A stretch of 64,000 bases of DNA, taken from the NCBI GenBank assembly GCA_030829985.1, contig JAURNW010000024.1:95-64094 (forward strand). Direction: 5' to 3'. Source of the stretch: Gammaproteobacteria bacterium (GTDB lineage Bacteria > Pseudomonadota > Gammaproteobacteria > Eutrophobiales > Eutrophobiaceae). Below the pieces are notes generated by a model. The model ran no database searches and had not been told where the DNA came from. It saw only the letters and a program-made list of their open reading frames with translations. Both the position numbers and the translations under genes were made by a program. Below, in pieces: positions 30,155-41,820 of the stretch. Numbering within the stretch: the stretch's first letter is position 1; each line of letters begins with the position of its first letter.

Positions 30155-31378
30155 TTAAGTTCGGTATTCTGCATTAATTCTAATGTATTCATGTGACAGA
30201 TCCGTTGTCCATATTTTTTCGTTACACTCACCTCTATCACCAAGATTTACCGTTAACAGTATCTCATCTTGAAGCATCACCCGTTTGCCTTCAGCTTCTG
30301 CATAGTTCGGTGCTCGCTGACCATTTTCTACGATACATAATTCATCCAGATAAACCTGAACATTATTAATATCCAAATCCTGAATACCTGAATTACCAAT
30401 TGCCGCTAAAATTCTTCCCCAATTAGGATCAGATGCAGTGAATGCTGTTTTTACCAACGGTGATTCGGCAATTTTATAGGCAACTGCCAAACATTCTTTT
30501 TCGTTTTTTCCGCTCTTCACTTCGATAGTCAAAAACTTTGTTGCGCCCTCTCCATCTCTGATAATTGCCTGAGCCAGTTCACAAAATATATTGACCACCT
30601 CACTTTCTATGAGTTTGTATTCCGTAGTGGCTTCATCATTTATACATTTATTTTTTGCCTTACTTGTTGAGATAAGAACACAGGAATCATTAGTCGAAGT
30701 ATCACCATCAACTGTAATACGGTTGAAACTTTTATTAACAGCACTCAATAATATTTTATCAAGCAAGTCTTTATTAATATTCACATCCGTTGCAATAAAT
30801 GCCAGCATGGTAGCCATATCGGGTCGTATCATCCCGGATCCTTTAACAATCCCGGTTATAGTAACAACCGTATCCCCAAAAACAATTTCTTTTGAGACTG
30901 CTTTAGGGATAGTATCTGTAGTCATAATAGCTTTTGCAGCATCAAGCCAACTATTAGATGATAAGTTTTTGATTAACTCCGGCAAAGCCAGATTAATTTT
31001 ATCCACCGGTAATATTTCACCAATCACTCCGGTTGAAAAAGGTAGCACTTCACCTGTCAAACAAGTGGTAAGCCCAGCCAAAGCAAGACAGGTACTCCTC
31101 GTATTTTTTATTCCTTGTTCGCCGGTACCTGCGTTAGCATTACCAGCATTAATCAAACAATATCGTGGCTTATATTCCTGCAGATGCAGCTTTGCAACTT
31201 GCACCGGTGCGGCACAAAATAAATTACGGGTAAATACGGCTGATACATGACTGCCTTCAGATAATTCTATTAATGTTAAATCTGTCCTCTTCTTTGCATA
31301 TATATTGGCACATACGCTCGAAAGTCGAATTCCCTTAACAGGTAAAACCACAATGGGGGGGCTTAAACCAACCGACAT
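30155..31378 (-). CDS. argJ: Bifunctional ornithine acetyltransferase / N-acetylglutamate synthase
   Basis: Autoproteolytic ATMLAFIATD motif; 407 aa. Confidence 0.9.
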   Translation of the reverse strand: MSVGLSPPIVVLPVKGIRLSSVCANIYAKKRTDLTLIELSEGSHVSAVFTRNLFCAAPVQVAKLHLQEYKPRYCLINAGNANAGTGEQGIKNTRSTCLALAGLTTCLTGEVLPFSTGVIGEILPVDKINLALPELIKNLSSNSWLDAAKAIMTTDTIPKAVSKEIVFGDTVVTITGIVKGSGMIRPDMATMLAFIATDVNINKDLLDKILLSAVNKSFNRITVDGDTSTNDSCVLISTSKAKNKCINDEATTEYKLIESEVVNIFCELAQAIIRDGEGATKFLTIEVKSGKNEKECLAVAYKIAESPLVKTAFTASDPNWGRILAAIGNSGIQDLDINNVQVYLDELCIVENGQRAPNYAEAEGKRVMLQDEILLTVNLGDRGECNEKIWTTDLSHEYIRINAEYRT

Positions 31379-31426
31379 CTTCTCTTCGCTCTAATCCGGG
31401 TGGTGTTTCTTAATCTAGTTCTTATT

Positions 31427-34126
31427 TTAGGATAATCTTCCATGACATTGCTTATACTTCTTTCCCGATCCACACGGACAAGGCTCATTCCGTCCGATCT
31501 TGGGTTTGTTTCTAACAAAAGGTTTTTCTGCAGATGCATCGTTAGTAGATTGTGAATCATTTAGGCTATCAGGTGCTGAAGGATGATTAAAACTCATCTC
31601 CTGCTTTTTTTCCTTATTTTCTGCAATTTCAATATCTTCTTCAGTACGTATTTTTACTTTATAGAGAAATACGATTACATCATGTTTAATATTTTCGAGC
31701 ATTTGCACAAATAAGTCGAAAGCTTCACGCTTATATTCCTGTTTTGGGTTTTTTGCTGCAAAACTCCTGAGATGAATTCCCTGTCTTAGATAGTCCATAT
31801 TAACAAGATGCTCTTTCCAGTGCCTATCAAGAACATCAAGCATAATTTGCTTTTCTATACGCCTCATCAAATCAGGCGTTATCGCTTTTTCTTTATCGTC
31901 AACAACTTGTTGCATTTTTTCATGAATCTTTTCACGCAGGGTTTCTTCATGCAAAGTCTTGTCCTGTTCTAGCCAGGATTTTATCTCTAACGATTCATCA
32001 AATTCATGCTGAAATGCATTTTCTAATCCACTGACATCCCATTGTTCATCCATGCTTCCACGTGGAATATAACCATCGATTAAATTTTCAATCACATCAA
32101 AACGCATCGCATTAACTTCTTCAACAACTGTTTCGCCATCAAGCAGTTCATTTCTTTGTTGATAAACAACTTTTCTTTGGTCATTGGCTACATCGTCAAA
32201 ATCCAGTAGATGTTTACGTATATCGAAATTATGTGCTTCAACTTTACGTTGAGCATTTTCAATTGCTCGCGACACCAGTTTAGATTCAATTGCTTCACCC
32301 TCTTCCATGCCTAATTTCTGCATAATCGCCGACACACGTTCTGAAGCAAATATACGCATCAAATTATCTTCTAGCGAAAGATAAAAACGGCTCGAACCTG
32401 GATCGCCCTGCCGACCCGATCGTCCCCTAAGCTGATTATCAATTCTGCGTGATTCATGCCGCTCGGTACCAATAATATGCAAACCACCGCTATCAATTAC
32501 TTGTTGGTGACGCTTATCCCATTCATTCTTAAGATGATCAATCTGGTTTTGATCTACGTCATCTAACTGTTTCAACTCAACTTCGTAATTTCCACCCAGT
32601 ACAATATCTGTACCTCGACCAGCCATATTAGTAGCAATAGTAACAACACCCGGGCGACCAGCCTGAGCAATTATTTCAGCTTCTTTTTGATGAAACTTGG
32701 CATTCAAAACCTGATGTTTTATATTTTCTTTATTAAGTAAATTCGATAGATATTCGGATACTTCTATTGATGCTGTACCAACTAAAACAGGTTGGCCATG
32801 AGACTGGCAAACTTTTATATCCTCAATAATCGCACCATATTTTTCTTTCGCGGTAAGGAAAATCACATCGCTTTGATCATCTCTGATCATTGGCATGTGA
32901 GTAGGTATCATAATTACCTCAAGACCATATATTGTCTGAAATTCATAGGCCTCAGTATCTGCTGTACCTGTCATTCCTGATAACTTCGAATATAAACGGA
33001 AATAGTTTTGATATGTAATAGAAGCAAGCGTCTGATTTTCATTCTGAATAGGCACCGCTTCTTTTGCTTCTATAGCCTGATGCAGGCCTTCAGACCAGCG
33101 TCTTCCCTGCATTGTACGACCGGTAAATTCGTCAACGATTACAACTTCATTATCCTTAACCAGGTAATCAACATCATTCTGGTATAAGTGATGGGCGCGA
33201 AGAGCAGCATTTAAATGATGCAGGATACTAATATTAACCGGGTCATATAGTCCTTGCCCTTCTTCAATAACACCATTATCTCTCAATAATTGTTCTATAT
33301 GGTCGTGCCCTTCCTCTGTAAGATAAGCCTGTTTGGATTTTTCATCTAAAGTAAAATCGCCCGGGCCATCTTCTACTTTTTGTACTACTAATTCTGGTAT
33401 CAACTTATTTATAGTAATATATAAGTCTGACTTATCATCAACCATGCCGGATATTATCAAAGGCGTTCTGGCCTCATCTATAAGAATTGAATCAACTTCA
33501 TCTACTATGGCGAAATTCAAATCTCTCTGTACACGTCCCTCTTTACTGAAGGCCATATTGTCACGTAAATAATCAAAACCAAATTCGTTGTTAGTCCCGT
33601 AGGTAATATCACATTGATATGCAGACTTTCTTTCCTCCATCGACAATCCAGACACAATAACTCCTGTGCTTAAACCGAGGAAACTGTATAACTGCCCCAT
33701 CCACTCTGCATCACGTTTTGCGAGGTAATCATTAACCGTAATAACGTGCACACCTAAACCTGACAAAGCATTAAGAGTAGCTCCCAGAGTTGCAACCAGT
33801 GTTTTTCCCTCACCTGTTCGCATTTCTGCGATATTGCCATTATGCAACACCATGCCACCTATCATCTGTACATCAAAATGACGCATATTTAATACACGAC
33901 ATCCTGCCTCTCGTACTAATGCAAAGGCTTCAGGTAAAATATCATCCAGACTTTCACCTTGCTGAATTCTTTCTTTCAGTTGATTTGTTTTGACAGGAAA
34001 TTCATTGTCTTGTAATGATTTCAACTCATCTTCAAAATCATTTATTTGCTTAACTTTCTTGCCTAGTTTTTTGACCACACGATCATTACGCGTACCAAAA
34101 ACTTTTTTTGCTAATTCTGTAATCAT
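31427..34126 (-). CDS. secA: Preprotein translocase ATPase SecA
   Basis: 899 aa, DEAD-like motor, C-terminal zinc finger [14 protein letters not shown]. Confidence 0.97.
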   Translation of the reverse strand: MITELAKKVFGTRNDRVVKKLGKKVKQINDFEDELKSLQDNEFPVKTNQLKERIQQGESLDDILPEAFALVREAGCRVLNMRHFDVQMIGGMVLHNGNIAEMRTGEGKTLVATLGATLNALSGLGVHVITVNDYLAKRDAEWMGQLYSFLGLSTGVIVSGLSMEERKSAYQCDITYGTNNEFGFDYLRDNMAFSKEGRVQRDLNFAIVDEVDSILIDEARTPLIISGMVDDKSDLYITINKLIPELVVQKVEDGPGDFTLDEKSKQAYLTEEGHDHIEQLLRDNGVIEEGQGLYDPVNISILHHLNAALRAHHLYQNDVDYLVKDNEVVIVDEFTGRTMQGRRWSEGLHQAIEAKEAVPIQNENQTLASITYQNYFRLYSKLSGMTGTADTEAYEFQTIYGLEVIMIPTHMPMIRDDQSDVIFLTAKEKYGAIIEDIKVCQSHGQPVLVGTASIEVSEYLSNLLNKENIKHQVLNAKFHQKEAEIIAQAGRPGVVTIATNMAGRGTDIVLGGNYEVELKQLDDVDQNQIDHLKNEWDKRHQQVIDSGGLHIIGTERHESRRIDNQLRGRSGRQGDPGSSRFYLSLEDNLMRIFASERVSAIMQKLGMEEGEAIESKLVSRAIENAQRKVEAHNFDIRKHLLDFDDVANDQRKVVYQQRNELLDGETVVEEVNAMRFDVIENLIDGYIPRGSMDEQWDVSGLENAFQHEFDESLEIKSWLEQDKTLHEETLREKIHEKMQQVVDDKEKAITPDLMRRIEKQIMLDVLDRHWKEHLVNMDYLRQGIHLRSFAAKNPKQEYKREAFDLFVQMLENIKHDVIVFLYKVKIRTEEDIEIAENKEKKQEMSFNHPSAPDSLNDSQSTNDASAEKPFVRNKPKIGRNEPCPCGSGKKYKQCHGRLS

Positions 34127-34214
34127 TCTTTTCTATCTTTATTTTAATATAGCGTGAGAAATCACGTGCCTAACGTAAGATGGATTATAATCAGAAGATA
34201 ACTCTGAGAAACGC

Positions 34215-35147
34215 TTACTTCAATGAAATATATTTTTTAGGGTCTACAGCTTTTCCATTACTAATTACTTCAAAATGGACGTGTGTACCGGTAGATCTTC
34301 CAGAAGAACCCATGAGACTAATAACCTGACCTTTATCTACTTTTTGACCAACAACAACTAGATTTTTCTTGTTATGTGCATAACGTGTCTGATAACCATT
34401 ACCATGGTTTATTTCTACCATATTTCCATAACCGTAGCGAACCCCTGACCAGGTTACAATTCCAGAACCAACTGCCAGTATGGGTGAACCCGGCTTGCCC
34501 GCATAATCTATGCCGTCATGAAACTCAACTTTACCTGTTATCGGATCTGTACGCTCACCAAATAAAGAGGATATCCATCCATCCATAGTTGGGCTTCCAG
34601 TAGGAATTGTTTGACTCTGTAATGTTCTATCAATCAACATCGATTCCATCGCTGCTAATTTTTCGGCACGATCCTGGACTTTATTATTTAATTGTTCTAA
34701 AGCAGTAATAAAATCATTAACTTTCATGGATTTATCATTTTTTACGGGTCGTGGCCCACCCAAACCTGGAGTCGCTGTAATATCAAACTCAATTTCATTA
34801 AGGTCAGCCATGCTGGCAAGACGTGAACCGAGCGCATCCAAACGCATTACGTGTGCCTGCAATTTACTTAATCTTGTAGCAAGAGCATCAAGGTTATTTG
34901 ATGCATCTTCTTGTGCCTGATCAAGCATCTGTTGCTGGATACCAATTTCCTGGTTCCAGACAGGTGCTGCCTGAGCATATAAGTCTTCGACCGATCCACG
35001 TGTGAGATTCAATGAGAACTGACTTCCTGCATGAAAAATCAGAAGACCAGCAACTATACTTATTACAAAACAAAGACAAAGAGATAGAGGCCCCAGTGTT
35101 AGAGACAGACTCTTCTTCCTCGTTTTCGATATAAATAATAATTGCAT
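34215..35147 (-). CDS. M23 family metallopeptidase (murein endopeptidase/activator-like) with N-terminal TM and coiled coil
   Basis: HxxxD and HVH motifs (HDGIDYAG...THVHFEV). Confidence 0.8.
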   Translation of the reverse strand: MQLLFISKTRKKSLSLTLGPLSLCLCFVISIVAGLLIFHAGSQFSLNLTRGSVEDLYAQAAPVWNQEIGIQQQMLDQAQEDASNNLDALATRLSKLQAHVMRLDALGSRLASMADLNEIEFDITATPGLGGPRPVKNDKSMKVNDFITALEQLNNKVQDRAEKLAAMESMLIDRTLQSQTIPTGSPTMDGWISSLFGERTDPITGKVEFHDGIDYAGKPGSPILAVGSGIVTWSGVRYGYGNMVEINHGNGYQTRYAHNKKNLVVVGQKVDKGQVISLMGSSGRSTGTHVHFEVISNGKAVDPKKYISLK

Positions 35148-35185
35148 ATAATTACGTCTGATTTAAATCTATAATCTCGTATCAA

Positions 35186-35641
35186 ATGAACGCTGATAAT
35201 AAAAACAAAACCATACCTGTTATTAATCTTTTAAATGACAAACATTCTTCTCTTGCTGCCTTGCTGGAAAAAGCAAGTTCTATTCAGGCAACAGATCGCA
35301 AAATAAAAAAATTACTTGATCCTACCTTAAAAGATAAGTTTGAACTCGCAAATATAAACGCTGATGTTGCAGTAATACTAGTTAACTCGTCAGCCTGGGC
35401 AACCCGTCTTCGTTATAATATTCCAATTATCCTTGATATCCTTAACAAGGATCTAAACTATACTTCTATCAAAACAGTCAGGATTAAAATTAAAAAAGCT
35501 ATTCCTGAAAATCCTGTGTTAAATAAAAAACCGAATTCTATCTCTGCTAATTCAGCACAATTTCTTAATGATGTAGCAAATAATTTTAATGATCCTGAAT
35601 TACGTGCATGTATATTAAAGTTATCAAAAAATCATTCCTGA
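35186..35641 (+). CDS. Small hypothetical protein, possibly DUF721/DciA-like
   Basis: 151 aa. It occupies the lpxC-secA interval where DUF721 genes are often found. No strong motif was recognised by eye. Confidence 0.35.
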   Translation: MNADNKNKTIPVINLLNDKHSSLAALLEKASSIQATDRKIKKLLDPTLKDKFELANINADVAVILVNSSAWATRLRYNIPIILDILNKDLNYTSIKTVRIKIKKAIPENPVLNKKPNSISANSAQFLNDVANNFNDPELRACILKLSKNHS

Positions 35642-35646
35642 GAACA

Positions 35647-36558
35647 TTAATTTACAGGCATGGCCTGCATAAACGAAATTGGCGCTTTGTGTTCATCTTC
35701 AAAAGTCACTAGTTCCCACGAATCCTCATTAGCAATTAATTCACGTAATAAAGCATTGTTCAGTGCATGACCTGATTTAAATCCCTCGAATGAACCAATT
35801 AAACTATAACCCAGTAAATATAAATCTCCGATGGCATCCAGTATTTTATGTTTTACACATTCATCCTCGTACCTGAGACCATCTTCATTGAGTATTCTAT
35901 AGTCATCCACAACCACAGCATTATCCAGACTTCCACCTAATGCGAGGTTGTTTTCTCGAAGTAATTCAACATCTCGCATAAAACCAAAAGTTCTTGCACG
36001 ACTTACTTCCTTAACAAAAGAGGTTGTAGAAAAATCAATTTCTGCCTTACAATTTTTATCGTTAAAAGCCGGATGATCAAATTCAATAGTAAACCCCACT
36101 TTAAAACCATCAAATGGTTCGAACATGGCCCACTTTTCATCCTGTTCTACACGGACTTTTCGTTTTATCCTGATAAATTGTTTTGGTGAATTTTGTTCTT
36201 CGACACCGGCTGATTGTATTAAAAATACAAAAGGACCGGCACTACCATCCATAATAGGTACTTCATCAGCACTAAGATCGATATAAGCATTGTCAATTCC
36301 AAACCCTGCCAAGGCTGAGAGTAAATGTTCAACCGTTGAAATACGCACATTATCTTTCACTAAAGTAGTTGAAAGACTAGTGTCTCCGACATATTCAGGA
36401 TGGGCTGGAATTTCTAAAACAGGGTCTAAATCAACGCGACGAAAATTAATCCCGGAATTAGCCGGTGCGGGTCTTAAGGTCAAAAATACCTTTTTACCTG
36501 TGTGTAAACCTACACCAGTCGCACGGATTACATTTTTTAATGTACGTTGCCTTATCAT
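35647..36558 (-). CDS. lpxC: UDP-3-O-acyl-N-acetylglucosamine deacetylase
   Basis: 303 aa. N-terminal [21 protein letters not shown] is conserved. Zinc-binding His/Asp. Directly downstream of ftsZ. Confidence 0.95.
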   Translation of the reverse strand: MIRQRTLKNVIRATGVGLHTGKKVFLTLRPAPANSGINFRRVDLDPVLEIPAHPEYVGDTSLSTTLVKDNVRISTVEHLLSALAGFGIDNAYIDLSADEVPIMDGSAGPFVFLIQSAGVEEQNSPKQFIRIKRKVRVEQDEKWAMFEPFDGFKVGFTIEFDHPAFNDKNCKAEIDFSTTSFVKEVSRARTFGFMRDVELLRENNLALGGSLDNAVVVDDYRILNEDGLRYEDECVKHKILDAIGDLYLLGYSLIGSFEGFKSGHALNNALLRELIANEDSWELVTFEDEHKAPISFMQAMPVN

Positions 36559-36648
36559 GTTTACTTATTCAAACTTACTGTCTATTGGTAGCTGTTATTG
36601 TTATCTATTTGTTTTATAGGCAATTATGATGCCATTAGCAAGTTTTTG

Positions 36649-36670
36649 CCCGGAATTCCCCAATTCCGGG
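36649..36670 (-). promoter_or_regulatory. Stable hairpin in the ftsZ-lpxC intergenic leader (CCCGGAATT-CCCC-AATTCCGGG)
   Basis: Perfect 9-bp GC-rich inverted repeat with a 4-nt loop, between the ftsZ stop (36698) and the lpxC start (36558). No adjacent U-run. Confidence 0.35.
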
Positions 36671-36697
36671 GGCTACTATACCACGTGCACTTCAAAT

Positions 36698-37834
36698 TTA
36701 GTCTGCCTGTCTCCTCAAGAAGGCCGGAATATCTAGGTAATCCGAATCCCCACTTACTTTACTGTCATTTGAGTCTACTACTTTGTTACGCATTACTGTA
36801 GGACGTTCAAAATCCTTATAATCAACATTTATTGCATCATTTTGAACCAATTTGATGCGAGATGCATCTTCTTTGACAATATTTCCCAATCCAGTCGCAA
36901 CTATAGTGACACGAATATCACCTGACATTTCAGGATCAATAACGGTACCAACCACAACTGTTGCATTTTCAGAGGCAAATTCCTTAACGGTTCGACCAAC
37001 TTCATCAAATTCACCTATGGACAGATCCATGCCAGCAGTGATGTTGACTAGAATACCTCTGGCGCCAGAAAGATTAACATCTTCAAGTAATGGACTTGAG
37101 ATAGCTGCTTCTGCTGCAACTTTTGCACGTTCTTCACCTTGTGCCTTACCGGAACCCATCATTGCCATACCCATTTCAGACATGACTGTTCTGACATCTG
37201 CAAAATCCACATTGATAAGGCCAGGACATGTTATTAACTCTGCTATACCCTGTACGGCACCTAACAACACATCATTTGCTGCGCCAAAAGCATTTAACAA
37301 GCTAACATCTCTACCAAGCACACTGAGCAGTTTTTCATTCGGTATAGTAATCAAGGAATCAACGAACTGACTTAACTCGATGATACCTTCATTAGCAATT
37401 GCAGCTCGTTTTTTACCTTCAAATGCAAATGGTCTTGTGACCACGGCTACCGTCAAAATACCCATTTCTTTAGCAACCTGCGCCACGATGGGTGCAGCAC
37501 CTGTTCCGGTACCTCCGCCCATACCTGCGGTTATAAAAACCATGTCAGATCCTTCTAGTACATCCATCAAACGATCACGATCTTCCAGTGCCGCTTGACG
37601 ACCGACTTCAGGATCAGCGCCAGCGCCTAAACCTTTAGTCATGTTACTACCCAACTGCAAAACAGTTTTTGCATTTGAATTTCTAAGTGCTTGTGAATCT
37701 GTATTCGCACAAATAAATTCAACCCCTTCAATATTAGCGCCGAGCATATGCTGTAAAGCATTGCCTCCACCGCCACCGACACCTATTACTTTTATAATAG
37801 CCGCCTGATTAGTTGCATCGACTAATTCAAACAT
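36698..37834 (-). CDS. ftsZ: Cell division GTPase FtsZ
   Basis: GGGTGTG tubulin signature; C-terminal conserved peptide DIPAFLRRQAD. Confidence 0.97.
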   Translation of the reverse strand: MFELVDATNQAAIIKVIGVGGGGGNALQHMLGANIEGVEFICANTDSQALRNSNAKTVLQLGSNMTKGLGAGADPEVGRQAALEDRDRLMDVLEGSDMVFITAGMGGGTGTGAAPIVAQVAKEMGILTVAVVTRPFAFEGKKRAAIANEGIIELSQFVDSLITIPNEKLLSVLGRDVSLLNAFGAANDVLLGAVQGIAELITCPGLINVDFADVRTVMSEMGMAMMGSGKAQGEERAKVAAEAAISSPLLEDVNLSGARGILVNITAGMDLSIGEFDEVGRTVKEFASENATVVVGTVIDPEMSGDIRVTIVATGLGNIVKEDASRIKLVQNDAINVDYKDFERPTVMRNKVVDSNDSKVSGDSDYLDIPAFLRRQAD

Positions 37835-37867
37835 GTTGTAACCTCCTACATTGCATATAGTTATTAA

Positions 37868-39100
37868 TTAAAAATTACCCTGAAACCAACTTTTCATTCT
37901 TTCCCAAATACCCTTACCATCATTAATATGAATCTGCGTATTACCTTCTTGACTCTGTTTTTTTCCAAAAATCAGCAACCCTACGCCTGTCGCATAAATT
38001 GGACTTTTAACAACATCTGATAAACCTGAAACATACTGCGGAATACCAAGACGAACAGGCATATGAAATATCTCTTCTGCTAAATCGATAGCACCTTCCA
38101 TTTTTGAACTCCCGCCTGTCAATACAATCCCGGCGGCAATCAAACCTTCATAACCACTACGTCTTAATTCCGCCTGCACTAGCGTAAATAATTCTTCGTA
38201 TCGCGGTTGTACAACCTCAGCCAAAGTTTGTCTGGAGAGTCGACGTGAAGGACGATCACCGACGCTTGGTACTTCAATACTTTCATCTTGCTTAGCCAAC
38301 TGTGTCAGTGCACAAGCATATTGAACCTTGATATCCTCAGCATGTTGGGTCGGAGTTCTTAAAGCGACTGCTATATCATTTGTAACCTGATCCCCAGCTA
38401 TTGGAATAACTGCCGTATGATGTATAGCCCCATCTGTAAAGACAGCAATATCGGTTGTTCCACCACCGATATCTATCATGCAAACACCGAGTTCTTTTTC
38501 ATCTTCGGTCAATACTGAATAACTCGAAGCTAATTGCTCAAGAATAATATCATCGACTTCCAGACCACAACGACGCACACACTTCACTATATTTTGCGCG
38601 GCACTAACGGCACCAGTAACCATATGTACTTTTGCTTCAAGCCTGACGCCTGACATACCAATCGGTTCTTTAACACCTTCCTGGTTATCGATAATGAATT
38701 CCTGCGGCAATATGTGCAGAATTTTTTGGTCAGCTGGTATAGCAACTGCTTTGGCAGCATCGATAACCCGATCAACATCACTATAAGTAACTTCGTTATC
38801 ACGTATTGCAACAATGCCATGTGAATTCAAACTACGGATATGACTACCCGCAATGCCTGTATAAACAGAATGAATTTCGCAACCCGCCATCAATTCAGCT
38901 TCTTCAATGGCCCTTTGTATTGAATGAACAGTTGACTCAATGTTGACAACGACGCCTTTTTTCAAACCGCGCGACTGATTAGAACCAATGCCGATAATTT
39001 CAATTTCATTGTCAATTGAAATCTCACCGACAATTGCGACTACCTTGGATGTGCCAATATCCAGTCCGACGATTAGATTTTTATCTGCTTTTTTAACCAT
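37868..39100 (-). CDS. ftsA: Cell division protein FtsA
   Basis: Actin-like ATPase; 410 aa; dcw-cluster position. Confidence 0.95.
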   Translation of the reverse strand: MVKKADKNLIVGLDIGTSKVVAIVGEISIDNEIEIIGIGSNQSRGLKKGVVVNIESTVHSIQRAIEEAELMAGCEIHSVYTGIAGSHIRSLNSHGIVAIRDNEVTYSDVDRVIDAAKAVAIPADQKILHILPQEFIIDNQEGVKEPIGMSGVRLEAKVHMVTGAVSAAQNIVKCVRRCGLEVDDIILEQLASSYSVLTEDEKELGVCMIDIGGGTTDIAVFTDGAIHHTAVIPIAGDQVTNDIAVALRTPTQHAEDIKVQYACALTQLAKQDESIEVPSVGDRPSRRLSRQTLAEVVQPRYEELFTLVQAELRRSGYEGLIAAGIVLTGGSSKMEGAIDLAEEIFHMPVRLGIPQYVSGLSDVVKSPIYATGVGLLIFGKKQSQEGNTQIHINDGKGIWERMKSWFQGNF

Positions 39101-39139
39101 GTTTAGTCCACCTGATATTAACTTGCAGAGTGTTTGATT

Positions 39140-39892
39140 TTATTTTTTCCATTTAATTGAAAACCCATTTGTGTAACGCATGTCGATTGATTCTATTTGT
39201 TCTATACGATCTGATATCGTCGCTGGTATTAATGTACATACGCGATTAAAACGTTCATCGAAATCACGTCGACCCAGAATAACTTTAATGCCATTATTAA
39301 ATTGAAATGACCACGCTCGTCTTTCATCCAGGGTTAGTGAGCCTAGATCTAATCCGATAGACTTAGTCCGAATCTGCATCGCGTTATATCGATCTAATAA
39401 ATTATGCTCAGAACCTGTTGGTCCCGAGAGTATTGGAAGTTCTAACGGTATCGTATGAATTTCAGGAGCAAAATATTCTCCTAAAGAATTTAATAAACCG
39501 GAATCATTCCATCTTGCAACCGGAGTTTGTTCTATAACGATAACGCGCAGCGCATCTGGCCATATTCGTTTGACTGTAACCTCTCTGACCCAGGGTTCAT
39601 CCAGAAGAGCAAGCCTCACCGCATCAACATCAAGACTAAAAAAACCACCCCGCACCTTATCTGTAACAAGTGACTTCAAATCTACCGGTGATAAATTAGT
39701 AAAGTCCCCTTCAATTCTTACTTGTTTAATTGGCAGAGTATCCGGATTTGACAAGGTCACACCGCCCCATACCAATAGCGATATAAATATCAGCACGAAC
39801 ACACTACCCAGTAATCTTGAACCTCCACTGTGATGAGTTTGTTGCGTATCGAAACTTAAATTTTCAGGGGCAAATGCCATATCGATAGCCAT
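39140..39892 (-). CDS. ftsQ: Cell division protein FtsQ
   Basis: Single TM plus POTRA domain; position between ddl and ftsA. Confidence 0.85.
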   Translation of the reverse strand: MAIDMAFAPENLSFDTQQTHHSGGSRLLGSVFVLIFISLLVWGGVTLSNPDTLPIKQVRIEGDFTNLSPVDLKSLVTDKVRGGFFSLDVDAVRLALLDEPWVREVTVKRIWPDALRVIVIEQTPVARWNDSGLLNSLGEYFAPEIHTIPLELPILSGPTGSEHNLLDRYNAMQIRTKSIGLDLGSLTLDERRAWSFQFNNGIKVILGRRDFDERFNRVCTLIPATISDRIEQIESIDMRYTNGFSIKWKK

Positions 39893-40848
39893 TAGCTTTG
39901 CAGGCCTTTGTCGGCAAGATTTAAACCACTCGTTGCCAATATCTGCACCACTAATTCTTCAAAAGATATTCCTGCGTGTTTGGCCGCCATTGGGACTAAA
40001 CTATGACTGGTCATTCCTGGCACAGTATTAACTTCGATCAACCATACTTTACTAGAACTGTCGATCATCACATCAACTCGTGCCCAGCCACTGACATCTA
40101 ATCGTTTACATGCTTTTAAACACAACTCACCCAGTGCTTTTTCAAACTCGTTATCGAGTCCACATGGACAAAGATACTTAGTATCATCATCTTCATATTT
40201 AGCCTGGTAATCATAAAAATCTCGTGCCGTTTCAAGTTTAATAACAGGCAAAACTGTTTCGTTTAAAATTGGCACCGTATACTCATTACCTTCAATCCAG
40301 CTTTCAGCCATTACCCGATCATCAAACTTATTTGCTTGCGCCCATGCAGAAGAAAGATCTTTTGCTTCCAGCACTTTGCTTGCACCAATACTGGAACCTT
40401 CTCTTACCGGTTTAACCATGATCGGCAAACCGACTTCTTCTGCTACTTGCTGCCATTGACTCGTTGCACATAGTTCAACTGCAGCCGGTGTAGATAAACC
40501 ATTATCACGCCAGAGAGACTTACTTTTTATCTTGTCCATTGCAGTGGCAGAACCCAGTACACCACTGCCGGTATAAGGCATTCCAATTGTTTCCAATGCT
40601 CCTTGTATTGTGCCATCTTCACCACCGCGACCATGTAACGCGATAAAGACTCGATCGAAACTATCCTTTATTAATTGATTCAATGTGCCTTTATTAAAAT
40701 CAATCGCGTGAGCATTCACACCTGCATTGCATAACGCTGTAGTAACCGCTTCACCACTTTGTAAAGAAATCGGACGCTCGGCTGATTCACCGCCCATCAA
40801 AACAGCAACCTTGCCAAAATCACTTGCTCTATACTCGGGTAGTCGCAT
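39892..40848 (-). CDS. ddl: D-alanine--D-alanine ligase
   Basis: ATP-grasp; 318 aa. Confidence 0.9.
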   Translation of the reverse strand: MRLPEYRASDFGKVAVLMGGESAERPISLQSGEAVTTALCNAGVNAHAIDFNKGTLNQLIKDSFDRVFIALHGRGGEDGTIQGALETIGMPYTGSGVLGSATAMDKIKSKSLWRDNGLSTPAAVELCATSQWQQVAEEVGLPIMVKPVREGSSIGASKVLEAKDLSSAWAQANKFDDRVMAESWIEGNEYTVPILNETVLPVIKLETARDFYDYQAKYEDDDTKYLCPCGLDNEFEKALGELCLKACKRLDVSGWARVDVMIDSSSKVWLIEVNTVPGMTSHSLVPMAAKHAGISFEELVVQILATSGLNLADKGLQS

Positions 40849-41756
40849 TACTGTTCACCCCCGGCTTCGCCAATAATCCTGACTTCGGGGATTAAATTAA
40901 TATTATGTTTTTCATGCACAGTGGACTGAACAAATTGAATCAGTTGTTCGATATCATTTGAGGTAGCAGTACCCGTATTGATAATAAAATTAGCATGCTT
41001 TTCAGAGACAGCAGCACCGCCAATTTGTTTGCCTTTAAGTCCGGATGATTCTATTAATTTTGCAGCATAATTCTCTGGCGGATTTCTAAATACTGATCCG
41101 CAACTATTTTGTCCCAGTGGTTGCGATGCTGCGCGTTCGCTTAACATCGTCTTTATCCTGTTTTCAACTACAACCTTATCAGATACTTCAAGTTCCATAT
41201 TACAAGCTACAAACCACTCGCCTTCCGGGAGTGAGACGCTACGATACCCAATCTTGAATTGATCTTTTAGATATACCTTACGTGTGCCATTTCGGTTTAT
41301 TGTCTCGGCCTGTTTTACACTACGCCATATTTCTCCACCATAGGCACCAGCATTCATCGCCAATGCACCACCAATCGAACCAGGAATGCCCGCCAGAAAT
41401 TCAACACCGGCAAGACCTTGTTTTGCTGCAAAACGTGCCGCTTTAACACAAGGGATACCCGCACCAATTAACATTTCTTTTTTATTAATTATTTCAAGTT
41501 GATTAAGCGCTCCTACAATAGAAATAACTACGCCAGAAATACCACCATCTCTCACAAGTAAATTACTTCCCAGCCCAACCCAGGTAACAGGCATACTGAT
41601 AGGAACTAGCGATATAAAAACAGATAAGTCTTCGATATCCGCTGCACGATAGAAATAATCTGCCACACCACCTGTTTTCCAGGACGTATGTCGCGACATA
41701 GGCTCTTGCTCCAGCAATTCACCTCTTAATATCGATGTATCAATATCTAAACGCAT
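40848..41756 (-). CDS. murB: UDP-N-acetylenolpyruvoylglucosamine reductase MurB
   Basis: FAD-binding GGxA motif. The track ORF extends to 41915 and overlaps murC. The true start is probably an internal Met (41756, or 41699 at MSRHTSWKTGG), which aligns with the E. coli MurB N-terminus. Confidence 0.8.
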   Translation of the reverse strand: MRLDIDTSILRGELLEQEPMSRHTSWKTGGVADYFYRAADIEDLSVFISLVPISMPVTWVGLGSNLLVRDGGISGVVISIVGALNQLEIINKKEMLIGAGIPCVKAARFAAKQGLAGVEFLAGIPGSIGGALAMNAGAYGGEIWRSVKQAETINRNGTRKVYLKDQFKIGYRSVSLPEGEWFVACNMELEVSDKVVVENRIKTMLSERAASQPLGQNSCGSVFRNPPENYAAKLIESSGLKGKQIGGAAVSEKHANFIINTGTATSNDIEQLIQFVQSTVHEKHNINLIPEVRIIGEAGGEQ

Positions 41757-41820
41757 TTCGTTATTTAAACTTACCTGCTTATGTTGAATTTCATTTTGTA
41801 CACTTAACAATGTTATTTCC

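Noticed and set aside
30591-31250. 219-aa ORF antisense to argJ
   Set aside because: It falls fully within a well-supported conserved CDS (argJ). No SD or start context. This is a typical antisense open frame.
36852-37598. 172-aa and 72-aa ORFs antisense to ftsZ
   Set aside because: Embedded in ftsZ on the opposite strand; low-complexity Ser/Thr/Pro-rich translation; spurious.
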